Shown piece after piece: positions 1 through 9,781 of a DNA stretch of 64,000 nucleotides (positions within the stretch are counted from its first letter, which is position 1; every line of letters starts with the position of its first letter). The position numbers were made by a program, and so were the translations under genes. The notes beneath the pieces were generated by a model that was given only the letters and a program-made list of their open reading frames with translations, did not search any database and was not told the DNA's origin. The stretch lies in contig CAVYXX010000068.1 of the NCBI GenBank assembly GCA_963772355.1, forward strand, positions 3,430-67,429, given 5' to 3'. The stretch is from an uncultured Alphaproteobacteria bacterium (GTDB taxonomy: Bacteria; Pseudomonadota; Alphaproteobacteria; Acetobacterales; Acetobacteraceae).

Positions 1-488
1 ACATGCACCGTTACGGAAAACCGCTGCGCCACGACGCTCCGCAGATCCACGCAGCGCCAGCGAACGACTTTGTCGGTTGCTGGATCGGGTCCTTTGACGA
101 CCAGTTCGCGCAACTCGGCCCTCTGCTGCTCGGTCAACGCGGGCACCCGTCCGGGCGGGCAGCGGGATTTGAGGCCTTCGACGCCGGATGCGTTGTAGCG
201 ATGCACCCAGTCGCACAGGGTTTGGCGGTCCATGCCGGCCAGTGCCGCCGCCTCGCCGCGCGGACGGCCGTCGATCACCAGCGCCAGAGCCAGCAGTCGA
301 CGAACCTGCGCACTGTCTGGACATTTGCTCGACAGCGCCCGCAGTTCCCCACTGGTATGGTCCCTTCGTGTGAGACCCAGCGCAGCGCCCATCCAATATC
401 TCCGTCATCCGATTCGCATACCCGGACAGCGAATCGAAATAACCGGGCCTTGAAAACCCCAGAAAGTCGAGGTCATCGCGACTTGGTA
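1..488 (-). mobile_element. IS630-family insertion sequence, left part; transposase N-terminal HTH region starts at ATG 392 and runs off the window start
   Basis: Manual minus-strand translation from 392: MGAALGLTRRDHTSGELRALS...RRLLALALVIDGRPRGEAAALAGMDRQTLCDWVHRYNASGVEGL...GPDPATDKVVRWRCVDL, typical of IS630 transposases. Element end ...ACTTGGTA with TA at 487-488. Confidence 0.85.
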
Positions 489-909
489 TGACATGCTGCC
501 GGACGGTGCCGAGCTTGGCAAAAGCAGCACGGGCGACGAAGAGTTTGCCGGCTAGAGCGGCGGCTGTAGGTGCTGCGTGATCAATGCGAATGTGCCGAAG
601 CCTTGTATCGAAGGCGCCGAACCGGGCGTCGGTACGCTGCCGTTGCCCGAAAGGTCGTCGGCCAGTCCTGTGCTCTTGCTGCCGAGGAACCCTGCGATAG
701 GCCGCCATCCCGTTGCACCTCATGGGAGAGGGCGCTGATGTCGGTGACCAATTCTTCTATTGCAACAGCAAGCCGAAAAGAGCCGACAAAGCGAGTACGG
801 GTATCAGCAGCGGCAAGCCGATCCGGGCCCGCACGCCGATACACCTTCGCAAGCCAGGTTGGCCGGTGTTCGGACCATCGCCAGTCTGAGCCAGTTCCAC
901 AAGCGGCAT
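489..909 (-). pseudogene. Decayed N-terminus of a NIT-domain chemoreceptor/sensor, cut by IS630
   Basis: ATG 909, hydrophobic segment IGLPLLIPVLALSALFGLLL, then across frames ISALSHEVQRDGGLS / AGFLGSK / QRQRTD, resembling the NIT motif (LVHELQxERGxSAGFLGSKG). Contains stops and frameshifts. Confidence 0.55.
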
Positions 910-943
910 CCTCACCGCTTATCAGCGGGCGTATCCGAGATGC

Positions 944-959
944 GTTAACGGTCGCTTAA
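944..959 (-). promoter_or_regulatory. CtrA-type box TTAA-N7-TTAAC (minus strand)
   Basis: GTTAA CGGTCGC TTAA at 944-959, about 35 bp upstream of the NIT pseudogene start. Confidence 0.6.
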
Positions 960-1034
960 TTTGCGGATTGCTAGGAAGGGTGTGCGAAAGGGACGACCGG
1001 CCTCGGCAAAAGTCGGGCCAAGCCAGTCGTGGCT

Positions 1035-1400
1035 TTATCGGCCCGCGTTCGGAGCGAACGGATCCGGAACCTGGCGAGGCAGCGTTCCGGCGCTCTTTGT
1101 GCAGACACCGTGCTGCTTTAATGCGTCCTGCGCACAGGCGATGCCATCGGCATAGCCGCAATGGGTAAGGCCGATTGGCAAAATCATGCAGAATTCCCCG
1201 ATCCTGCTGGCAGGCAGCGTCACGTTGGCCGGGTTGGGCACGCACGCACCATTCTGCCGGTTTGCGTCGGCCTGGCACTCGTTGCCATCCGCGTACATGC
1301 ATTGCGGTGCAGTCCCGGTTATCTCCAGGCAAAACGGAGCCGCCATCGCAGACAATGACGTGCTCACCAGGATCGCGGCGGCAACGGCGAGCTTTTTCAT
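1035..1400 (-). CDS. Secreted cysteine-rich protein with two tandem DUF3551-like repeats
   Basis: Signal peptide MKKLAVAAAILVSTSLSAMAA with GAGGAG RBS; two repeats FC-x8/9-C-x-YADG-x2-C-x2-DA-x2-Q-x-G-x-C. Confidence 0.65.
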   Translation of the reverse strand: MKKLAVAAAILVSTSLSAMAAPFCLEITGTAPQCMYADGNECQADANRQNGACVPNPANVTLPASRIGEFCMILPIGLTHCGYADGIACAQDALKQHGVCTKSAGTLPRQVPDPFAPNAGR

Positions 1401-1514
1401 TTCACACTTCTCCTCACGCGCTGCGGGGCAGGATACAGCCCTGACGGATGGCCCAGGATAACACGATCCCGTGGCCATGGCGCTTCGGTCAAGATAATTT
1501 CGCCTATGTGCAAA

Positions 1515-3152
1515 TTAGCCGCGCCTCAGGACCGGCGAGGGAACGCTTTCGATCATCACATTGACCACGGCCGGCTTTCCGCTTTCAACCGAGCGCTCGA
1601 TCGCGTTCGGCAGTTCCTCGGCGCTTCGCACCAGTTCCCCGTGACCTCCCAATGCAGTTGCCACTAGATCGTAGCGGGTGGGGTTGAGTTCGCAGCCATG
1701 GGTGCGATTCGGGCCATAGTCGCGGACCTGAAGGTTGTATTCGGCATTCCACCTCGCATCGGTTCCGACAATCGCGACATAGGGCAGGTTCAGACGCACC
1801 GCGGTTTCGATTTCCGACATATGAAAGCCGAACGTACCATCGCCGAGCACCACGAAGATCGGTGCGGTTTTCTCGACCACACGGGCTCCGGACGCCATCG
1901 GCAACGATGACCCGATCGAACCTGCCACGCCGTTGATCATCCGCCGGTCGTTGCGCAGCATGCTCTGTCCCCATTGCGCGAACTCTCCGCCGTCGCAAAT
2001 CAACACGCTGTCCGGGTCGCTCGCCAAATGGGGTTGCAACGCACGAAACACCTCGGCCGGGTGCAGTTTGCCAGGCGTTCCGGAGGCCAACTCAGCCCAC
2101 GAGGCGGGTCGGTCATCGAAACAGGCGCGGGCATCGGCCAACCAGGCCGGATCGCCGGCGACGCGACCGGCACCGCGGCGCAGCAATGCCTCGCCGGCGG
2201 GATAGGTGTCAGCGACGCAACCGAATGCCAGCAGCGGTCCCTTGTCGCGCGCCGCGCGGGACAGCAGGGCCCCGTCAGGATCGATGGAAACGAAGCGACA
2301 ATCTGGGTGGAAGGGTGGACCGCCGAACTTCAGCGTAAAATCGAGCGCCTTGCCCAACAGCAGGACCATGTCGGTGCGCTTGGCGACATCCGTATAGGCG
2401 CCCAGACTGGCGTCGTTGAAGCCGCGCGGGCCCTCGCTGAGGCAGGCGGGAATCCCCAAGGTGGCCTCGATTCGCCGTAGCAGATCGCGTCCCCTGCGGG
2501 TCGCCAGCACCGGGGCGCCGATGACCAACGGCCGCTTTGCAGCGGTCAGCAACGCGATGATCGCATCGGCTGCCGGGTCCGATAGGGCCACGGGCGGAGA
2601 GTTGAATTCGTCGTCGGTGGGCCATGCGATGGCGTCTTCGGTCACGGTCCTGTCCAGGATGTCCGAAGGTAGGCTGAGATTTACCGGACCAGGACGGCCG
2701 GACGTCGCGACACGGATCGCTTTGGCCACGTCCATCCCCACCGTCGCGGTGGCCGTCGCCATCCAGGCAGCTTTGCAGACCGGACCGGCCATTTCCACCT
2801 GCAGCAGTTCCTGGAAGCCGCCTCGCCCGATCTGATCGGTCTCGGTGTGTCCCGATAACAGCACCATCGGGGTTTCCTGCCCCAAAGCAGTGAACAGCGC
2901 GCCTACGGCGTTGGCGTGACCGGGGCCGCCGGTGACACAGGCAATTCCGGGTCGACCGGTCAGCCGTCCGTACGCATCGGCCATGTGCACTGTTGCCGCT
3001 TCATGGCGAACGTGCATCAACGACAGGTTCGTCTCGATCGCGGCGTCGAACAGTGACATGATATGATTGCCGGACAGGGTGAAGATGTCCGTGTGGCCGG
3101 CGCGCTCGAGCGTGCGCATAACGATATCCGCGCCGCGGAGATTGGGTGGCAT
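1515..3152 (-). CDS. Thiamine pyrophosphate-dependent enzyme (acetolactate synthase large subunit-like superfamily)
   Basis: VRHEAA, TGGPG, GRPGPV and TPP motif GDGTFGF. Start is 3152 (AAGGA upstream) or 3173. Confidence 0.9.
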   Translation of the reverse strand: MPPNLRGADIVMRTLERAGHTDIFTLSGNHIMSLFDAAIETNLSLMHVRHEAATVHMADAYGRLTGRPGIACVTGGPGHANAVGALFTALGQETPMVLLSGHTETDQIGRGGFQELLQVEMAGPVCKAAWMATATATVGMDVAKAIRVATSGRPGPVNLSLPSDILDRTVTEDAIAWPTDDEFNSPPVALSDPAADAIIALLTAAKRPLVIGAPVLATRRGRDLLRRIEATLGIPACLSEGPRGFNDASLGAYTDVAKRTDMVLLLGKALDFTLKFGGPPFHPDCRFVSIDPDGALLSRAARDKGPLLAFGCVADTYPAGEALLRRGAGRVAGDPAWLADARACFDDRPASWAELASGTPGKLHPAEVFRALQPHLASDPDSVLICDGGEFAQWGQSMLRNDRRMINGVAGSIGSSLPMASGARVVEKTAPIFVVLGDGTFGFHMSEIETAVRLNLPYVAIVGTDARWNAEYNLQVRDYGPNRTHGCELNPTRYDLVATALGGHGELVRSAEELPNAIERSVESGKPAVVNVMIESVPSPVLRRG

Positions 3153-3266
3153 GAGGTCGTCGTCCTTGTGCATGGGCGGCCTGCCGGATTGACCGACGTC
3201 GCGGTCATACCGTTTGTCATTGTAAGATGACCCGGAACAGGTCCGGGTGGCCACACGCAGGGGGGG

Positions 3267-4178
3267 TTAAACTGGATCCCAGGGAAATACGTCGCGGGTG
3301 CGTTCCAGCGGCGTGAAGCTGTCCTTCACGGCAGGCAACCAATGTTCCGCCAGATTTTCCGGCGTCCATCCATCCGGGCGTGCCATGATCCGGATCGGCC
3401 GGGGCTGGTTGTACAAATAGACCTCATTCCCGCGCACCCCGAAGATCTGACCGGACACGCCGGCCGCGGCATCGGTGGCGAGAAAAGCGATCAGTTGGGC
3501 AATGTGATCCGGACGGGTCTTCGCCGCTCGTGCCTGAAGTTGTTCCTCGGTCTGGCCGGGCACGGTCTCGATCATGCGGCTGAACGCGTGTGGGCCGATG
3601 CAATTCGACCGCACGTTATATCGTTGCATATCCATTGCGATGTTGCGCGACAGCCCGGCGATGCCCATTTTCGCTGCGCCGTAATTCACCTGCCCGACGG
3701 CGCCGATCAGGCCGGAGGTCGATGTGATATGGGTATAATTACCGCTCTCTTGCTTGCGAAAATGCGGGATCGCGGCGCGTGATACGTAGAAGGCTCCATA
3801 CAGATGGACCTTGATCACCGCGTCCCATTCCTCGATCGACATGTAGTGGAACATGCGATCGCGCAGGATGCCGGCATTATTCACTACGATGTCGATGCGG
3901 CCGAAATTGTCGATCGCGTCCTGCACCATGCGTTGCGCGTCCTCCCAACTCGCAACGCTGCCGCTGTTGGCCACGGCCTGGCCCTTGCCGTTTGCCTGAT
4001 CGATTTCCTGGACCACACGCTGAGCCGGGCCGGCATCCTGGCCCTCGCCGGTGACCGTCGCGCCGATGTCGTTCACCACGACCTTCGCGCCGGTGGCGGC
4101 CAGGGCAATCGCCGTCGCCCGTCCGATGCCCCCGCCGGCCCCGGTTACGACCGCGACTTTGCCATCGAGCATACCCAT
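3267..4178 (-). CDS. SDR oxidoreductase (3-hydroxyacyl-CoA dehydrogenase/MFE-2-like)
   Basis: TGAGGGIG, VVVNDIG, NNAGILRD, YGAAK; AGGAGAGG RBS before MGMLDGK. Confidence 0.9.
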   Translation of the reverse strand: MGMLDGKVAVVTGAGGGIGRATAIALAATGAKVVVNDIGATVTGEGQDAGPAQRVVQEIDQANGKGQAVANSGSVASWEDAQRMVQDAIDNFGRIDIVVNNAGILRDRMFHYMSIEEWDAVIKVHLYGAFYVSRAAIPHFRKQESGNYTHITSTSGLIGAVGQVNYGAAKMGIAGLSRNIAMDMQRYNVRSNCIGPHAFSRMIETVPGQTEEQLQARAAKTRPDHIAQLIAFLATDAAAGVSGQIFGVRGNEVYLYNQPRPIRIMARPDGWTPENLAEHWLPAVKDSFTPLERTRDVFPWDPV

Positions 4179-4276
4179 CGGCTTCCTCTCCTTAAAGTGG
4201 ATCGCATCATCATGCGTCAGAGCGCGATCGATGTCATCATCAGGGGGAGGTCGAGGAGCTTCGATAGCGGGGCGGT

Positions 4277-4830
4277 TCATCCGCCTCCTCTTCCTTTCCT
4301 GGCTAAGCCATTCAGGGCGAGGTCCAAGATCACCGGCGCATGGTCGCTGCCTGCCGCGATGCCCTCCTCATATCGGTGTTCGATGTGCTGAACGACCCAA
4401 TGGGGGCTGACCCAGATAAAATCGAAGCGCCGCCCGGTGCCCGGCGAGCCCTTTCGCTTTCCAGTCCGGTGGGTGATCGCGAGGTGCCCGAACGGCCCCA
4501 AGCTGGCAGCGTGCCGTTGTCATCGGAGCGAAGGTCGAGCCAGCGGCGCAGAGCGTCATCGAGATTGTGCACCTTGCCAGGGCCGAATAGGAGATCGTCT
4601 CCAGGTTCGACATGCAGGCGCCGGTCGCCGGTATTCCAGTGCGTCAGAGTATTGGCGAAGTCGAACGCGTCAATCAACGGCGTGTTTGCGTCAGCGCCGA
4701 ACAACACGGCCCATTCTGTATTCTGTTTAGACAACCAGGAAGCGAAGGCCACCGCCTGCCGCGGCTTCACAATTCCATGGTTCACGCCTGGCGGAGCGTG
4801 ATAGCTCGCTGCGATAAACGGTGTTCCCCC
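4277..4830 (-). pseudogene. 5'-truncated, frameshifted endonuclease/exonuclease/phosphatase (EEP) family gene
   Basis: SYHAPPG, GADANTP (GDxN), RFDFIWVS and GSDHAPV motifs spread over two frames; in-frame stop upstream of 4830. Confidence 0.7.
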
Positions 4831-4900
4831 GTCTGCGTCTCTACGCCTCGCGTCTCAACCCGGTTCGCGTTGCAAGAAACACCAGCAACCGGCGAAGCGG

Positions 4901-6064
4901 CTACCGACACGCTCGTGGAGTGTGCCTGCGGACGAACGTCGCCAGTGGCACTTCCACCCCTTTATGCAGCGCGATCGCTGCGCAGAGGCAAAGCGACGTC
5001 AACACGGCCACGGTGACGGCGGCGGGCATTGCAGCGAGGACCCCCAAGCGGGCGAGGGCGCGAACCGCCAATGGGATGACCGTCAGGTGGATCAGATAAA
5101 GCGCGTACCAGACATCTCCCAGCATGGCGCCTGTGGGACCGAACCGGATTGTGCCGCCGCGTTCCGCTTCGACCAGCCCCAACAAGATTGCCGTAGACGC
5201 TCCGCCATAGAGCACTCTGCCAATAAATCCGTTGAGGGGAACCACCCCGTGCACCTCCATCCCGCCAACCGCCAGGAAAACCAGGATGCCTCCGACGATC
5301 AGCCCGACAGGGTTTGGCGCGCGCTGTCGCGCCAAAAATCTTGCAGCGGCTATCCCCATCAGGAATTGGATGTTGAAACCGGAGACGAGCAAGCCCGCCC
5401 AGGGATCGGCCGGCAAGGCGATCAGCCCGATCGCTACGAGTATCAGCGCAATAACGACGAGCGGTTTGCACAGGCGCCGGTCGAGAATGGCCAGGGCAAA
5501 AACCAAGTAGAAAACCATCTCCGATCGGAGTGTCCAGCCGACGCCCACGAGCGGCTCCGTTGTCTCGGGCAACAACAGCAGAGAATGGACGATGTGCGAC
5601 GGGGCCAACCTGATGGCAAAATCCGCGGAAAAAAAAGCCCAAATCGCCTGAATCAGTGTAACGACCAAATAAATTGGATAAATGCGCGTGACCCGACGCC
5701 ACATATATCGGTAAAGCCGTTCCGGCCTTCCGATGTCGGCCGTGTGAGCGTGCATGATGATGAAGCCGCTGAGCACAAAGAAGAAATCTACACCGGCATG
5801 GCCAAATCCGAGGCTATTGCCGAATGGGATGTAGCCAAGATACCGAGGAAGCGACAGCCCGCGTGTCGCGTGATAGAGGACGACCGTAAGCGCCGCGACC
5901 CCGCGGGCGGTCTGAACGCCCGACAGTTTCCGCTGGCTTCCTGAACGGTCGACCGAACGGTCCGCTGGCGCCCCCCCGGGAGGGGACCATATACCGTTTG
6001 AGATCGTAACGTCACTGCCGCAGCCGGCCACGCAGCCAGTTTTTTCTTCTGAATAACAAATCAT
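4901..6064 (-). CDS. Acyltransferase 3 (OafA-like) membrane O-acyltransferase
   Basis: RGVAALTVVLYH, GVDFFFVLSGFII, RRVTRIYP, WTLRSEMVFY, YALYLIH; start uncertain. Confidence 0.9.
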   Translation of the reverse strand: MICYSEEKTGCVAGCGSDVTISNGIWSPPGGAPADRSVDRSGSQRKLSGVQTARGVAALTVVLYHATRGLSLPRYLGYIPFGNSLGFGHAGVDFFFVLSGFIIMHAHTADIGRPERLYRYMWRRVTRIYPIYLVVTLIQAIWAFFSADFAIRLAPSHIVHSLLLLPETTEPLVGVGWTLRSEMVFYLVFALAILDRRLCKPLVVIALILVAIGLIALPADPWAGLLVSGFNIQFLMGIAAARFLARQRAPNPVGLIVGGILVFLAVGGMEVHGVVPLNGFIGRVLYGGASTAILLGLVEAERGGTIRFGPTGAMLGDVWYALYLIHLTVIPLAVRALARLGVLAAMPAAVTVAVLTSLCLCAAIALHKGVEVPLATFVRRHTPRACR

Positions 6065-6764
6065 CGTTTACGTATCTTCGAATTCAGGACGCAGGTCAAA
6101 CATCCCACGCATAGATTTAAGATCAACGAGCTGGCAGCCGGCAGGAGCGGCGATGTTGCTCACTTGTTCGAACCTGGCGGAGGCGGTTCGTTCGCTCTCC
6201 AGCATCCAAGCCGGCAGCGCCACCGGCAGATGGCCTTGCGACCCTCCCTCTTGATGCCCGGCGTCCGCCTGGCTGACGCCTTGGGAGGTCGCGAACACAC
6301 CGATCACCCCTGCCTGCGTCAGGTTCGGGTTGCCACACCGACAAGCGGGCGGGCCGCTTGCTCCACCCAGAGCTCAACATCGCCGCCGCGGCCCTTGTTT
6401 GCCTTGACGCAACACTGGAACCATTCCCGTCCTGCCGAGAGCTTGACCAGTTCTCGAGCGAACGCCAGCGCCAGCGGTAGAGCCACGCAGTCCTCCATCA
6501 ACGCGTGATAGGCTTCGGCCATTTCCGGCAGCATTTGATCATCCACCGCCGTCAGCATCTCCTCATCGGGTTCCAGGTGTTCGGACCCACGCTTATGGTG
6601 TAGAAAGATGCCGGGCCAGATCCTCCAAGCGCGCAAGCGCGCGCCGGCTGAACCGGCGCAACTCGTCCTGGTATTGGTCACGGTTTTGCCGGCCCACCGC
6701 CAGGCTGGATCCATTCGAGGATCGCGGACTGAAGCTCGACCATCAGTCTGTCTCCTTTCTCGCC

Positions 6765-7290
6765 GGCGGCTGGCGCCCCCCGGGGTCGACCTGGTCGTCA
6801 AGATTGAGGCATTCAATCCGCTCGGTTCTGTCAAGAATCGTCTGGCGCTTGGCGTGATCGAGGACGCCGAGCGCACCAGCAATTGGACCCGGGCAGACCG
6901 TCATCGAGGCAACCAGCGGCAACACCGGCATCGGCCTGGCGATGGTCTGTGCGCAAAAGGGTTACCCGCTCGTCGTCACGATGCCCGAAAGCTTCAGCGT
7001 CGAACGCCGCAGGCTGATTCGGTTCCTGGGCGCAAAAGGGGTGCTCACGCCGGCATCCGAGCGCAGCATGGGTATGGTGAATATGGCCAATAAGCTTGCC
7101 GAACGTCGCGGCTGGTTCCTTACCCGTCAGTTAGAAATTGAGGCAAATGCCGATATGCGCTCCCTCACCACGGTGCCCGATATCATCGACGACTTTCAAG
7201 GTGAGCGGCTGGACTACTGGCTCACCCGCTACGGCATGGGCGGTACGCTCAAGGGCGTTGGACGTGTGCTCACGAAGGAACGCAGCCGGA
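6765..7290 (+). pseudogene. cysK: Cysteine synthase fragment (truncated at both ends, frameshifted)
   Basis: [39 protein letters not shown], degenerate GMGGTL; N- and C-termini missing. Confidence 0.8.
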
Positions 7291-7493
7291 ATCCTTTCTG
7301 CGGCGGCATCTCCCTTAGACTTGGCGGTCCCCGCTCGCATCTCGGGCGCCGCTCCTGGCTTTGTAACCGCGACGGCTGACCGTGGCATAGAGGTCTTCGC
7401 TCTGGCGCAATGCGAACCGTTTGCGGCACCAATGCATCGCGGCATGTGCCTCGGCGCTTGTCGCTCTCCGTTTGAATAGACACTTTTCTCCCC

Positions 7494-7533
7494 GTTAGAA
7501 TGTCACCCCGCACGCAAAGTAGAGATGACACCC
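7494..7533 (+). mobile_element. Possible terminal remnant of an IS1202/ISNCY-type element
   Basis: Tandem subterminal-like repeats TTAGAATGTCACCC ... AAAGTAGAGATGACACCC resembling IS1202-group ends; no transposase present. Confidence 0.3.
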
Positions 7534-7574
7534 GGTCCCCCGCCAGGGCAGCTTTGCATTTCGGTTGAGGCGCC

Positions 7575-7809
7575 TGCTTTCCAGACTGATCCCGGCGTAA
7601 CGAGACCCACCGGTTCTGACGTCGTCTGACGATTTTCGACACTCGTGCGGCAGTTCACGGTTGTTCGCCTTCCTGTCTCCCACCTGACGCCTTCCGTGAC
7701 GCTCACGACCCGGGCTTTTGACCCGTGCCGCTTACGGTGGTTTGCAACTGCTCCTGCAAGCCGGTTGCGGGGGTGGACCCCATCTCTTCCGCCGCTTGCC
7801 GTGGCACAT
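7575..7809 (-). ncRNA. 5' fragment (domain I) of a group II intron, RmInt1/class D-like, truncated
   Basis: Minus strand ATGTG (GTGTG with G1A) directly after exon GATGAGA, then GATGGGG..CCGGCTTGCAGGAGC..CAAACC..AAAAGCCCGGGTCGTGAGCGTC..GGCGAAC..GTGAAC..GTGTCG..GACGTCAGAACCGG, collinear with RmInt1 domain I as recalled. No RT ORF or domain V. Confidence 0.7.
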
Positions 7810-8127
7810 TCTCATCCACCGGCCAGGAGTCATTTGCTCATCCGCGGGTGAGGGCGGATCCGATTCCCAATTTAGCCGCATAAGCTTGGATCCTTCCCAA
7901 GATGGCGGTGCGATCAACCTCCTCGGCGCGGTCCTTCAGCATGAGCGCGAGATCGCGATAACTGATTGGGGACATCAGACACCATCGGAACGCCCACAGG
8001 CTCACCTTGGCGGTGGATTGCCGACCTTCGAAAAGCCTGATCCGGCCGCTGCTATGCGGCTTGCCGGGTCTCGTCGTGCTGCAGCTTGTACCCAACTGGA
8101 TCGGCAGCACAAGGATGCAACACACCC
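7810..8127 (-). mobile_element. IS6-family element, 5' half (left IR plus degenerate transposase N-terminus)
   Basis: IR GGGTGTGTTGCATCCTT at 8127-8111; LWAFRWCLMSPISYRDLALMLKDR..VDRTAILGRIQAYAAKL..NDSWPVDE, ending exactly at the intron junction. Confidence 0.8.
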
Positions 8128-8429
8128 ACCAGCCTCTCGCTTTCGCCGACATCGGGATTTATGGATCACTCCGCCACACCGCAATCGCTAATACCGCCGT
8201 AATGCTTCGCCCAGCCCGCACCCCGGTTGACGTCGCGTGTGTCCCGCTGGCCGTAGCGAAGCTAACCGGGAAGCAGCCGGCGCAAGGTTCATCATCACCG
8301 CCGTCGAAACCGGCCTGGCATCGGCGCGCGCTGATGCGGCGAAACGGCCCGTCGTTGTCTAATCAGGTGCCTGCGTTGCGGAATTGCCCTATCTTCCTAC
8401 GAGAATGACGTTACTCTGGAGTCTGTGCG

Positions 8430-8911
8430 ATGATTAAGCTGGCAGCCATGGTTCTCGTTGCTAATGTGATAGTTTGGTTTCTTTTCGTCTATAATCAATC
8501 ATCCGACCAATTGCAGCACGATCAACAGGAGATACTCCTCCGAGCAGCCAACGCCGCGACCGGCATGCCTGCGATCGTGAATTTCGAGGAGCGAAAAATG
8601 CTCAAGCGAATTCTCGAGATTCGGGACCAGGCTATCAGCACGACAACTTACATTGTCGATATGAACGGTCATCCCCATAAAATCTGCGACAGCACTGGCT
8701 ATGGATTTCCGTATTCCACCCAATTCACCAATCCCTCGCAAAATCCGCTAAAGACCGTTGTGCTTTCCCAGGCAGAGCCGAACGGGCTGTTCAGCTCGCC
8801 AACGTCGGAGGGAACCTGGATCAGTTGTGTCGATCCGGTCAGCAAGCATATGCAGGTCGTATATGTCGAACCTCGGGTGTCGTCAGCCCGTTTCCGCTGC
8901 CCGCAAATTAG
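8430..8911 (+). CDS. Membrane-anchored hypothetical protein of a family typical of phages (probable 1-bp frameshift near 8880)
   Basis: N-terminal TM; GYGFPYSTQFTNP, QAEPNGLF, EGTWISCVDP, VYVEPRV. Restoring one base gives a natural end VSPFPLPAN-stop at 8911. GGAG RBS. Confidence 0.6.
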
Positions 8912-9126
8912 GAAAATGCGGCCTAACGCACGCGCCTCGCGCGCTATAGCTTCCGCTTCCTGCAAGCGGCCAAGGACAGTCAGTACCTCCGACTCGATTT
9001 GCAGGGCAACACCGAGATTTTCGAGGTGGCTCAAAATGGCGGTCGTTTGGGTTACAGGATCACACGGAAACCGCCGGTCCGTAGGGGGCGGACGGGTTCG
9101 ACTGGTGTCCCCTGCGGGAGGCGGCC

Positions 9127-9660
9127 GGTTCTGTTGCATAGTTTAGCGTTGGTTTGCGTGCTATCTGCGACAGAATGCGATGACGTCTCGGACTGCCACC
9201 AGGAACCGTCCGGCGATGAACTCTGCCGGGGCCCTGATGTCCCTGCCGCTGATGTTCCGAACCTGCTTTCTTGATCATCGCCATCGCCTCGTAGCCTGCC
9301 AGCGTTCGTCCAAAAGCCACCAAAGCCAGGTCCCGGGTGAGTTAATCGTTTCACCCCCCCGGTGATCTTGCTCGACGATGTTGTTCAAGTATTTCACGTG
9401 CCGCAGCCGTGACCGGCGCCAGTGCTCGCCATTCTTCTTCATCTCTGTGGCAGCCTTCGGATGAGCCGCATTCTTGTCCACGGTGATGGTGCGCGGGTTT
9501 AACCGAATGAGGCTGGGCCAATGCCTTACGGAAGAACCGTTTCGCCGCCTGAGTGCCGCGCTCCGTCGATAGCAGAAAATCGATCGTCTGGCCGCAGCTG
9601 TCGACGGCTCGATACAGATACATCCAGCGGCCTTTGACCCTGACACAGGTCTCATCCCCA
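9127..9660 (-). mobile_element. IS6-family element, 3' half (DDE domain, frameshifted) with right IR
   Basis: DETCVRVKGRWMYLYRAVDSCGQTIDFLLS, PRTITVDKN, KYLNNIVEQDHR, TLAGYEAMAMIKK; IR GGTTCTGTTGCATAGTT at 9127. Confidence 0.9.
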
Positions 9661-9781
9661 GTCCTCCAACAGGTACGGCAGGGGGCGTGCGACGACCGCC
9701 GGCCTCAAGGCAAAAGTCGCACGTCGCCTGGCCCCGGCAAGTACGGCCTTCCCGCCCGAAAGGACCGACCGGTCGGCCGGT

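Noticed and set aside
3-491. 162-aa plus-strand ORF
   Set aside because: Antisense shadow of the IS630 transposase.
6068-6600. Short minus-strand ORFs (LPAWML..., HLEPDEEML...)
   Set aside because: May be scraps of mobile or hypothetical genes, but no family can be supported.
9660-9780. 3' end (domains V/VI) of the group II intron next to the IS6 3' half
   Set aside because: No AGC/CGC-triad domain V hairpin is recognisable on the minus strand.
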